Made by a program: the position numbers and the translations under genes. A DNA stretch of 64,000 nucleotides from Eledone cirrhosa (taxonomy: Eukaryota): contig CAXHJY010001380.1 of the NCBI GenBank assembly GCA_964016885.1, positions 11,718 through 75,717 on the forward strand, read 5' to 3'. This document shows positions 49,480-64,000 of this stretch, piece after piece (within the stretch, counting starts at the first letter, position 1; each line of letters opens with the position of its first letter). Under the pieces are notes generated by a model. It was not told where the DNA came from. It made no database searches and was given only the letters and a program-made list of their open reading frames with translations.

Positions 49480-50645
49480 TAACGAAGGAAATGTGGTAAG
49501 GAACCAGGTGGACCATAACGCACCAAAGTACTCAATACTTAGGGTAGTAGAGTGGGTAATAGGAACGAGTAGGACCCCGACGGCAGAGCTCAAGCCGTTT
49601 CGACGGCTAATTCTGGACTAAATGAAAATTTTTATCCTGGTATATGAATAGCCGAGCTTCTCAGGGGGTAATTCCATATATGGTAAAAGTGATTGTCACA
49701 AGGATTGGTCAAAAGTTTGTTGTTGAGACACATAAGTCTATCATGGCAATTTGTGGAAGGAAGGGGTAGCTGAACCTGCCAATAGAAGAGGGAGAGGGAG
49801 TGGAGGAAGCCCAGTCGTGTGTTGATAGTGCCAACTACAGCAGGGCAGGAGGTCAAGCAAGTATACTAGGGAGGGGGAGGAAGTCGAAACAATAAGTAAA
49901 TCAATATAGAAGAATACCAAGAATGTTAAAAATATTAAAAAAAACAATTTCTGGTTACTATTCCCTAACGACAGTCATAAAGTCTCTCACTGGTACTGCT
50001 AAACTATAGAAAAGTTTACTAGGTGGGATGGAATTGTAATGAGACCATTTTAAGAGTTAGTAGTAATCAACCGAGTATATCTTTTACCCCAAAAACATAA
50101 ATACTGATACACGAGAAATTAAAGCAGAGATACCACTAAGAAATGTAGAAAGCACGGAAAAGGGGCAGCCATCGAATAAGAAAGCAAGTATCTGGGGTCT
50201 ATCACATCTGCTATAAAAAGCGGAGTCGGCCAATTCTATCATAGGATGGGGGTGGGGGTACTGAGGCTACAAAGGACCGAGGGGCTGCCTCGGGTGGGCG
50301 AGAAAATGAAAAGGACGACGACAAAGAAAGAGGACTGGGGAGGAAGGACTAGGAAGGGATGGGGGGAAGAAGGAAATATAGAGGAAACGATAAAAAGATA
50401 TAAAAGAAAATCTTACTTCTACCTTTGCAAGCAGGGGTTAGCCATTACAAAGTCGGCAAGTGGGGTGTTACAGCCCTTGTCTACTCCCCCGGGTCATTAT
50501 GGGGTTTGAGGGCGAGGTAAGTACTACGCAATCTGTGTTTGCATGCAGTTACCAGTTCGTCTTTCTTGTTTAGGAGTTGGTCCGTCGAAAACAGCATTTG
50601 TAAAGTTTCCTCCGAGCATAAATTCTAAACCTCTTACAAACAGAC
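49480..50645 (-). mobile_element. Penelope-like element 3' fragment with long non-coding tail
   Basis: ~50520-50622 translates NLCSEETLQML..LLNKKDELVTACKHR, matching the 44938 ORF C-terminus; hammerhead downstream. Confidence 0.75.
49574..49669 (-). ncRNA. Type I hammerhead fold with CUGAGAA core variant
   Basis: ACCCC-CUGAGAA..CGGCUA/UAGCCG..GAAACGGC(UUGAGCUCU)GCCGUC|GGGGU. Confidence 0.7.
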
Positions 50646-50918
50646 AGAATATATTAGATCTTTGTTGGTTTTATTCAATGAACAAATAAAATTATTTCTG
50701 AGGTCAGCATAAGACCTATTTCTTCCCTAAAATAATCCTTCATTCATAATATTCTTTTCCATCCAAAACTGAAATCTACCTTCCTCTACCCATAATTTAA
50801 GGTTCTTCTAATACTATATTACTATCTTGACCCTCACTATCTCCTGATTGGTCAATTCAAAACCTGTTCCCAAACAGACCTATTGTATTGAATCTTTGTT
50901 ATTTTCAATAAACAAATA

Positions 50919-51060
50919 TCATTATTTCTGAAGACAGCATATATATGTGTAGGTATGTATATTCCCTCTGATAGTTTGTATAAATATTGTACATAGATCT
51001 ATAGAATATGCATACCAACTCTAACACATATGTATCCTAGAAACGATCGTAAAATGATGA
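50919..51060 (+). ncRNA. Type I hammerhead ribozyme with palindromic stem III
   Basis: UCAUUAUUU-CUGAAGA..AUAUAUAUGUGU/ACACAUAUGUAU..GAAACGAUCGUA|AAAUGAUGA. Confidence 0.75.
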
Positions 51061-51112
51061 ATTTTTTTTAATATAAGGAACTGTTTCTTCGTTTATTCAT
51101 TATTTTATTAAT

Positions 51113-52694
<1,582 letters not shown>

Positions 52695-52771
52695 AAAAGT
52701 AGCGAAACAAACGGTTATTAAACAATTTTCTAAATAAATTAAAAAATGATTAAATAATCACCTGTTCAGAT

Positions 52772-52852
52772 GCTGTTACCGACGGTTTCATCATTCCGAA
52801 AGATTGGAAATCCAACGAATTTCCAATGGAAAGAAATGAATCTTCAGACAGC
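52772..52852 (-). ncRNA. Type I hammerhead ribozyme between ~70-bp inverted repeats
   Basis: GCUGU-CUGAAGA-[long stem II]-GAAACC(GUC)GGUA|ACAGC; arms 52697-52766 / 52884-52953. Confidence 0.72.
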
Positions 52853-53068
52853 CCTATTTCCACGCTATAAGGTATAGCAAGTAAACAGGTGATTATTTAA
52901 TCATTTTTTAATTTATTTAGAAAATTGTTTAATAACCGTTTGTTTCACTACTTATATATTGTTCTGGTATGTAGAATTAGTGCCATTGAACCACATGTAT
53001 TATAAACAACTTGAATATTTCTACAAGTACATTGTACCTGTTGAAGTATCCATCCACTTCTATAATAG

Positions 53069-53106
<38 letters not shown>

Positions 53107-53108
53107 GC

Positions 53109-53227
<119 letters not shown>

Positions 53228-53296
53228 CATATATATACATATATATATATATACATATACATATATACATATACACATATACATATATACATATAC

Positions 53297-53327
<31 letters not shown>

Positions 53328-53414
53328 CATATACATATATATATATATACATATACATATATACATATACATATATATATATACACATATACATATACAT
53401 GTACATATATATAC

Positions 53415-53446
<32 letters not shown>

Positions 53447-53545
53447 ATACATACATATATATATACATACATATATATATATACATATATATATATATAC
53501 ATATATACATACATATATACATACATACATATATATATACATACA

Positions 53546-53579
<34 letters not shown>

Positions 53580-53597
53580 CATATATACATATATACA

Positions 53598-53711
53598 TGA
53601 TGGCTGCCCCCTCGTTATCGAGTATGGCCATTGCACGAGGAGAAAGAAAAAAAAAAAATAATAATAATAATAAATAAATAAATAAAAAGAAAATAAAATA
53701 AAAAAAAAAAG

Positions 53712-53748
<37 letters not shown>

Positions 53749-54575
53749 CATACATATATACACACACACATACAGATGGAGGCACATGGCTTAGTGGTTA
53801 GAGCATTGGCCTTGCAATCGAAAGGTTGTGAGTTCAATTCTCAGACCAGGTGATGTGTTGTTTCCTTGAGCAAGACACTTTATTTCACATTGCTCCAGTT
53901 TACTCAGCTGTAGAAATGAGATGATAGGGACTGAGGTCATATCATTCCACTGCAAAGTGGTCGTGGAGGTGCCACGGCAAAAAAGCACCCAGCACTCACT
54001 GTAAATGAGGTTGGTGTTAGGAAGGGCATCCAGCTGTATAAATAAAGCCAGAATCAGTTCCCGTCCCATCCTTGCAAGCAGGGAAAAAGCGGACGTAAAA
54101 TGAAATGATGATGATGATGATGACATACATTAATAACAATAATAATAATAACAACAATAATAATAACGACAACAACAATAATAATATACATATACATATA
54201 TATATACACACACACGCACACACATAAGCATATCTACACACACACACACGATAGCAACTAACAGCGCTGCGATCGAATGTGGCTTTTTAGCCCAGCCAAT
54301 GATCTAAAATGTCTTGCACAGAGTCGGCAACCAAAACATTTACTGGGAATAGTCGGCTGTGGTTGGAGTTCGTGTACTTTTGCATGTCGCTTGAGCCCTC
54401 CTGCTGATTTACATTCTCTACCACATGCTTGGCAAGCATGATGAGTAGCATCTCCAACAGCAGCCTGGTAGTCAACCACTGGTCTTACTTTATGACTGCG
54501 AAGATGACTTTCGAGTCCAGCTTTGTTAAGGCAGAGTCTCGCACATACGCTGCATGTCAGCACCATAGGAGGACC
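53598..54575 (-). mobile_element. RTE-type 3' end with three C2H2 fingers, split by an insertion
   Basis: ORF 54258-54566 CSVC..HLRSH, CQAC..HAKVH, CRLC..SH; terminal hairpin at 53598-53639. Confidence 0.65.
53779..54123 (+). mobile_element. CORE/V-type SINE with RTE tail (family of 34958-35355)
   Basis: Near-identical head and body; (TGA)n tail. Confidence 0.87.
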
Positions 54576-54577
54576 CT

Positions 54578-54650
54578 ATACATATATACATATATATATA
54601 CATATATAGTTATATATAGTTATATATATATACATATACATATATATACA

Positions 54651-54684
<34 letters not shown>

Positions 54685-54925
54685 CATATACATATATATA
54701 TATACATATATATATATATACATATACATATATATATATACATATATATATATACATATATATATATATACATATACATATATATATATACATATATATA
54801 TATACATATATATATATATACATATATACATATATATATACATATATATATATATACATACATATATATATACATACATATATATATATATACATATATA
54901 TATACATACATATATATATACATAC

Positions 54926-54956
<31 letters not shown>

Positions 54957-55003
54957 CATATATACATATATACATATATATATACATATATATATATACA
55001 TAC

Positions 55004-55034
<31 letters not shown>

Positions 55035-55123
55035 CATATATACATATATATATACATATATACATATATATATACATATATATATATATACATATATATA
55101 TACATATATACATATATATATAC

Positions 55124-55154
<31 letters not shown>

Positions 55155-55425
55155 CATATATACATATATATATACATATATATATATATACATATATATA
55201 TACATATATATATATATACATATATATATATACATATACATATATACATATATATATACATATATACATATATATATACATATATATATATATACATATA
55301 TATATATACATATACATATATACATATATATATACATATATATATATACATATACATATATACATATATATATACATATATATATATATATACATACATA
55401 TATATATATACATATACATATATAC

Positions 55426-55474
<49 letters not shown>

Positions 55475-55475
55475 C

Positions 55476-55506
<31 letters not shown>

Positions 55507-55507
55507 C

Positions 55508-55538
<31 letters not shown>

Positions 55539-55567
55539 CATATATATACATATACATATATACATAA

Positions 55568-55598
<31 letters not shown>

Positions 55599-55599
55599 C

Positions 55600-55630
<31 letters not shown>

Positions 55631-55631
55631 C

Positions 55632-55674
<43 letters not shown>

Positions 55675-55740
55675 TATATACATATATATATCTATATACA
55701 AATATACATATATATATATATATACATATATATCTATATA

Positions 55741-55826
<86 letters not shown>

Positions 55827-55827
55827 C

Positions 55828-55860
<33 letters not shown>

Positions 55861-55987
55861 CATATATATATACATATATATATATACATATATATATACA
55901 TATATATATACATATATATACACATACATATATATATACATATATACATATATATACATATATATATATACATATATACATATATAC

Positions 55988-56018
<31 letters not shown>

Positions 56019-56127
56019 CATATATATACATATATATACATATATATATATACATATATATATATACATATATATATACATATATATATACATATATAAA
56101 TACATATATATACATATATATATATAC

Positions 56128-56164
<37 letters not shown>

Positions 56165-56169
56165 AAAAC

Positions 56170-56214
<45 letters not shown>

Positions 56215-56223
56215 TATAAAAAC

Positions 56224-56306
<83 letters not shown>

Positions 56307-56431
56307 CATATATATATACATATATATATACATATATATACACATATATACATATACATATATATATACATATATATATACATATATATACATATATATA
56401 CATATATATATACATATATACATATATATAC

Positions 56432-56492
<61 letters not shown>

Positions 56493-56903
56493 CATATATA
56501 TACATACATACATACATACATATATATACATATATACATACATATATATATACATATATACATACATATATGTATATATACATATATATATGTGTCATAT
56601 ACATATATACATATATATATATATATACATATATATATACATAATATATATACATATACATATCTATATACATATATATATACATACATGTATATAAACA
56701 TATATATATATATATATATACATACATATATATATATACATATATATATATACATACATGTATATAAACATATATATATATATATATACATACATATATA
56801 TATACATACACATATATACATACACATATATATATATATACATATATACATATACATATATATATTAATACATATATAAATATACATATATATATATATA
56901 CAC

Positions 56904-56956
<53 letters not shown>

Positions 56957-57021
56957 AACATATACATATATATATACACATATATATATACATATATATA
57001 TATATACATATATATATATAC

Positions 57022-57074
<53 letters not shown>

Positions 57075-58051
57075 CATATATATATACATATATATACATA
57101 TATATATATATACATATATACATATATATATATATACATATATATACATATATATATATATACATATATATATATACATATATATATATACATATATATA
57201 TATACATATATATATATATACATATATATATATACATATATATATACATATATATATATACATAAATATATATATACATATATATACATATATATACAAG
57301 CACATATATATACATATATATATATATACATAAATATATATATACATATATATACATATATATACATGCACATATATATACATATCTATATATACATGCA
57401 CATATATATACATATCTATATATACATGCACATATATATATATACATATACATATGTATACATACATACATACATATATATACATATACATATGTATACA
57501 TGCATATATATACATATATATATACATACATATATATATACATATACATATATACATACATACATATATATATACATATATATATATACACATACATATA
57601 TATATACATACATACATACATATATATATATACATATACACATATATATACATACATATACACATATATATACATATATATATATATACATATACATACA
57701 TATATATATACATATACATACATATATATATACATATACATACATATATACATATACATATATATATATACATACATATATACATATACATATATATATA
57801 CATATATACATATATATATACATATACATACATATATATATATACATATATATACATATACATACATATATATATATACATATATATACATATACATACA
57901 TATACATACATATATATATATACATATATATACATATACATACATATATATATATACATATATATACATATACATACATATATATATATACATATATATA
58001 CATATACATACATATATACATATACATATATATATATATACATATACATAC

Positions 58052-58100
<49 letters not shown>

Positions 58101-58136
58101 CATACACATATATATATATATATATATACATACATA

Positions 58137-58170
<34 letters not shown>

Positions 58171-58206
58171 CATACATATATATATATATATATAAAAGTT
58201 ATACAT

Positions 58207-58239
<33 letters not shown>

Positions 58240-58242
58240 CAT

Positions 58243-58277
<35 letters not shown>

Positions 58278-58280
58278 CAT

Positions 58281-58315
<35 letters not shown>

Positions 58316-58827
58316 CATATACATACATATATATATATACATATACATACATACATATATATATACATATACATACATACATATATATATATACATATAC
58401 ATACATACATATATATATATATATACATACATATATACATATATATATACATGCATATATATATACATATACATATACATACATATATAAATATATATAT
58501 ACATATACATACATATATATATATATACATATATATATATACATATACATACATACATATATATACATATACATACATATATATACATATACATACATAT
58601 ATATACATATACATACATATATATACATATACATACATATATATACATATACATACATATATATACATATACATACATATATATACATATACATACATAT
58701 ATATATATATACATACATATATATACATATATATACATATACATACATATATATATATATACATACATATATATACATATACATACATATATATACATAT
58801 ATATACATATATATATATATATACATA
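54578..58827. repeat. (TA/TACA)n microsatellite, ~4.2 kb
   Basis: Seen directly. Confidence 0.98.
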
Positions 58828-59432
58828 TGGTGGCTGCCAACTCGTTTTCGAGTACGGCCACTACTTTATATCCATGTAGGAGAACCCCTACCGATGCGCT
58901 GAACGAATGTGACTTTAGTCCAGCCAGCGACTTGAAAACTCTGGTACAAAGACTACACTTGTGACCATTATTGACACATAGTGCAGGGCCCATGGTACCA
59001 TGTGATGACAAGTGCAGAGAGATCTCCAGATATAAAGCAATGCCTGTGCTGTGAAGCTTTTATAGTGAGCAAAGGCACTGCACAAAGCCAGTCCCACTCT
59101 CTTAACCAAGATGATATTTACCAAAAAGAAGAACAGGTCAACATCATTGGATACCATCAGGATTGCAGGTGTTATATCAGAGTTTTCCTTCTCCTAGAAT
59201 TCTGCCTTGACAAAGGCTAAGGGGTCATCTCTCCCGGTGATTTTGGATGGCTATTGACTCTTAAGAGCTCCCTTGCCCTTTGACAGGTTTTGTTTTTAGT
59301 CCTGCAGGATGTCCAAAGTCACCCTCCTCACCAAGAAACCTTGGTGGGGTTGCCAGTTTAGTCGCCAACGACCCGACCATGAGACAGGTTGTACTGGGAT
59401 ACATGTTACCAGTAGCACCAACTGGTGACCTG
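58828..59432 (-). mobile_element. ~600-bp RTE-derived non-autonomous element in microsatellite
   Basis: Residual finger [17 protein letters not shown] and terminal hairpin shared with 53598-54575; no RT. Confidence 0.65.
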
Positions 59433-59504
59433 ACATATATACATATATATATATATATACATACATATATATACATATACATACATACATATACATATAT
59501 ATAC

Positions 59505-59537
<33 letters not shown>

Positions 59538-59548
59538 CATATATATAC

Positions 59549-59633
<85 letters not shown>

Positions 59634-59975
59634 TATACATATATATATACATATATATATATATACATATATATACATATATATATACATATATATATAC
59701 ACATATATATACACATATATATATACATATATATACATATATATATATATATACATATATATATACATATATATATACATATATATACACATATATATAT
59801 ACATATATATATACATATATATATACATATATATACATGTATATACATATATATAAATATATATACATATATATAAATATATATACATATATATATATAT
59901 ACATATATATACATATATATATATACATATATACATATATATATACATATATATATATATATTATACATATATAC

Positions 59976-60008
<33 letters not shown>

Positions 60009-60017
60009 CATATATAC

Positions 60018-60080
<63 letters not shown>

Positions 60081-60159
60081 CATATATACATACATATATA
60101 TATATATACATACATATACATATTTATACATACATATACATATATATACATACATATAC

Positions 60160-60190
<31 letters not shown>

Positions 60191-60262
60191 CATACATATA
60201 CATATATATCCATACATATACATATTTATACATACATATACATATATATACATACATATACA

Positions 60263-60298
<36 letters not shown>

Positions 60299-60496
60299 CA
60301 TACATATACATATATATACATATATATACATACATATATATATATACATACATATATATACATATATATACATATATATATATATACATACATATATATA
60401 TACACATATATATATATACATATATATATACATACATATATATATACATACATATATATATATACATACATATATATATATATACATATATATATA
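59433..60496. repeat. (TA/TACA)n microsatellite
   Basis: Seen directly. Confidence 0.98.
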
Positions 60497-63400
60497 AACC
60501 ATAACCTACATAAAAATAACCACTACCACAGTCACCAACAGTCTTCTAAACAGGAAACTTCTTCCTCTTTTTTAGCCATAATGAATCTGGCAAAAGAACT
60601 GGAAAAAAACATTCGAGCTATCACCCAGCACCACCCTCCACTATCACCCCACTGCACAAACTCCCATTGCTGCCATTAACAAACAAACAAATTAACAACA
60701 CACCAAAACAATTAAAACCATCCACTCTCGCCTCTACATTTTTGCTTAACGCCCAAGGCATCAGCCCTTCCACCAATACTCAAAAATGGAAGATCAAATT
60801 CCTGGAGGACTGGATTGATGTCCATCCAAACCACATCCCTTTCTTCGTCCTCACTGAAACCCATCTCAGTAACCTCCACTTGGAAGCCGAGGTGAAAGTG
60901 AAAAATTTCAAAGCCATCCGTGCTGATCGCGCTGGCAGAAGAAAGGGCGGAACTGCCATTTATGTCCATAATTCTTTCTCAACAGAGGCTATGAACATAT
61001 TCACTAATGGATACTGTGAAGCAGTCACTGTATTCAGTCAAACCAACAACCTATTAGTAGTTGGGCTCTATAGGCCACCCCAAACGCCTGTACCATGCTT
61101 CAAGGAATGCCTCAACAGCATAAAGTGTTTCATCCAAGAGTGTCACCCTGACAACATCTTAATGATGGGGGACTTCAACCTCCCCGGAGTTGACTGGTCC
61201 ACAAACAGCCTGCCACCAGGTTCTTCTGCCTCAACCTCTGACAGGGAAGCTGTGGAATCGCTTCTTGACTTCATGGATGATTTCTTCCTATCCCAACTGG
61301 TGCTCGAACCAACGAGGTGCCACAAAAACGTCCTAGACTTAAGTTTCAGCAATCACACTGACAATATCCACAATATTGCAGTGGAGAAAACTCTACTCTC
61401 TGATCATGACATGGTTCTCTGTGATCTGAGATTCCACCGTCCAATATACAAACCCAATGTCATCTCTCCTGTCCATCCGTTTGACGCTATGGATTTCCAC
61501 AATGCAAACTGGGAAGCGATCAGTCATGATCTTGCACATGTCGACTGGTCCTTCACGCACACTCATACACCCACTAACACCAAAAAGTCCTGGCAGACAT
61601 TTGTGGACACTGTTACAAACATATGTGCTAAACACACCCCATTAAAAACTATAAACAAATCTAAGAGCAGAATCCCTAGAAATAGAAAAACGCTCATCAG
61701 AAAAATTAAGAGAACGAACAAAAAAAATTAACAAGCTGAAATACTGTCAGCAGCAACACATCAACTTGACTGCCATTTCATCACTAGAGATTAAAAAACA
61801 TAACCTCCAAAACAACATAATGTCCCTCATCAACAATCAGAGAAGAGCTGAAGAGGCCTGGGCCATTGAGAAGATCAAACTCAATCACAAAGTGTTCTTT
61901 TCATTTGCAAAAAAACACAAAATCACTGGCTCTACTGTTGTCCCTCTAATTGATGAAAATGGCACTCTTCAAGACAATGCTAAAACCATGGGTGAGATAC
62001 TGCAGAAACAATACTGCTCTGTTTTCAGCAATCCTGATATGGCCGATCTGGGCTGTATCGGCGATGTTACTCCCCATTACACCTTATCGGACATAACGTT
62101 TGGCGCCCCTGATGTCTTGGCGGCTATAAAGGAAATCAAGCATAATTCAGCAGTAGGTACCGATAGGTTCCCTGCTTGTGTCTTGAAGGCGTGTCAACAC
62201 CAACTTGCATCTCCTCTTGCCAATCTGTGGCGGAACTCACTGGATGCTGGATATGTGCCAGAAAACCTTCTATCCCAGTCTGTTGTCCCAGTTTTCAAAA
62301 AGGGAAACAAATCCCTTGCCGTGAATTACCGTCCAATCTCACTCACCTCTCATATCATTAAGGTATTTGAGAGAGTGGTGAGATCGCGAATGACCCACTT
62401 CCTTGAGAGTAACAATATGCTGAACTCCAACCAGCATGGATTCCGTAATGGAAGGGATTGCCTGACGCAGCTATTGCATCACTTTGATGACATTTTGAGA
62501 GCCTTGGGAGAGGGTTCCAACACTGATGTTATCTACCTTGATTTCAGCAAGGCCTTTGACAGGGTTGATCATAACATTCTACTGAGAAAGCTGTCCAATA
62601 TTGGTGTCACTGGAAAGCTGCTGCAGTGGATCAAGAGCTTCCTGTCAAACAGAACCCAACATGTTGTAGTTGAGGGAGTCAAATCAAGCCCAGCCAAAGT
62701 CAGTAGTGGGGTCCCACAAGGCACTGTGTTGGGCCCACTTCTCTTCATCGTCTATATTAATGACATCACTGACATCATCAAACAAAGCAACATTAAAATT
62801 TTCGCTGATGATTCCAAGCTCCAAAAGGTCATCAATGGCGTGGATGACTGGATAAGCCTTCAGTCAGACCTACTGGCTGTTACCCAATGGGCAGAAAAGA
62901 ACAACATGTTACTGAACGAAGACAAATTCGAACTGATCCACTTTGGAAAAGAGGATGCTCTGAAACTCCCGTACTCCCTTCCCTCCGGGGAAACTCTCGT
63001 GGCATCTAACAACATCAGAGACTTGGGAGTAACCGTGGACAGCAACATAAGCTGGACCACGCATATAAGCAGCAAAGTTGACATGGCCCGCAGAATGTGT
63101 TCCTGGATCCTCAGAACCTTCCAGTCGAGAGATTCCCGCACCATTATCCTTCTCTTCTCTACTTTTGCCCGACCACACCTTGAATACTGTTGTCCACTGT
63201 GGTCTCCCCCCACGAAACAAAGTATCATGAAACTTGAAGCTCCTCAAAGGGCCATCACGAAAAAGATAGATGGCATGTCAGACCTTGACTACTGGGGTCG
63301 ATTAGAAAACCTGAAACTTTACTCACTCCAACGTCGCCGTGAGCGTTATATTATCTGCATGATGTGGAAAATGTTCCATCATCACTGCCCAAATGATGTT

Positions 63401-63762
63401 GGCATCGCCTTCAAGATACACCCAAGGCTTGGGCCCCGTGCTATCCGTCCCATTCAAAATCTAAATCGCAACTCATAACAACAGTACGGCACAATTATTT
63501 CCACCTCAATCGGCCCTGCTCTCTTCAACATCACACCAGGACACGTCAAAACGGAAACTGACCACACAAAATTCAAGAAGTCTTTGGACAAATTCCTCCA
63601 AGTAATCCCGGACAAACCACCCACACCCGGATATGTCTCCGCAAACAGTAATTCTCTTCTCGAATGGGCCATGGTGCCCAAATCCTGAATTGAAAGACTT
63701 CGCCAGGTGGTGCTATTAAGTTAGACATGGCCTGGGCCAATACTGGCCAAAACCTTTCAAAG

Positions 63763-63763
<1 letters not shown>
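60497..63763 (+). mobile_element. CR1-type LINE with near-complete, frameshifted ORF2
   Basis: EN: LNAQGI, LTETHL, YRPP, GDFNLP, SDH (60667-61731); RT: YRPISLTS, DFSKAFDRVDH, GVPQGTVLGP, FADDSK (61766-63478); shifts at the A-run ~61720 and near 63470. Confidence 0.93.
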
Positions 63764-63832
<69 letters not shown>

Positions 63833-64000
63833 ATATACATATATATATATACATATATATATACATATATATATATACATATATATATACATATATATAT
63901 ACATATATATATACATATATATATACATATATATATACATATATATATACATATATATATATACATATATATATATACATATATATATATACATATATAT
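63764..64000. repeat. (TA/TACA)n microsatellite
   Basis: Seen directly. Confidence 0.98.

Overview
AT-rich animal genomic DNA packed with (TA/TACA)n microsatellites, SINEs and LINEs; the repeat landscape suggests a coleoid cephalopod such as Octopus (inference). The only host gene I can support is a minus-strand formin of the FMN/cappuccino class. I reconstructed 16 GT-AG coding exons between 39018 and 5856 with consistent phases, covering FH1 and FH2; the final exon(s) were not found. Mobile elements: a Tx1/L1-clade LINE with intact ORF2 and TSD, CR1-type LINEs, RTE fragments, a near full-length Penelope-like element (PLE), Tc1/mariner and pogo-type relics, seven copies of a TTAA (piggyBac-type) MITE and many tRNA-derived SINEs. 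Most interesting: (1) at least six hammerhead-ribozyme folds read by eye in PLE-related sequence, one inside a 707-bp terminally redundant, non-coding retrozyme-like unit; (2) a ~4.3-kb 23-bp minisatellite whose unit is the exon end plus 5' splice site of a formin exon; (3) a duplication-inversion rearrangement that leaves a decoy partial exon. The long Y/I/H/T-rich ORFs in the track are microsatellite artefacts. All calls are manual; nothing was searched or computed.
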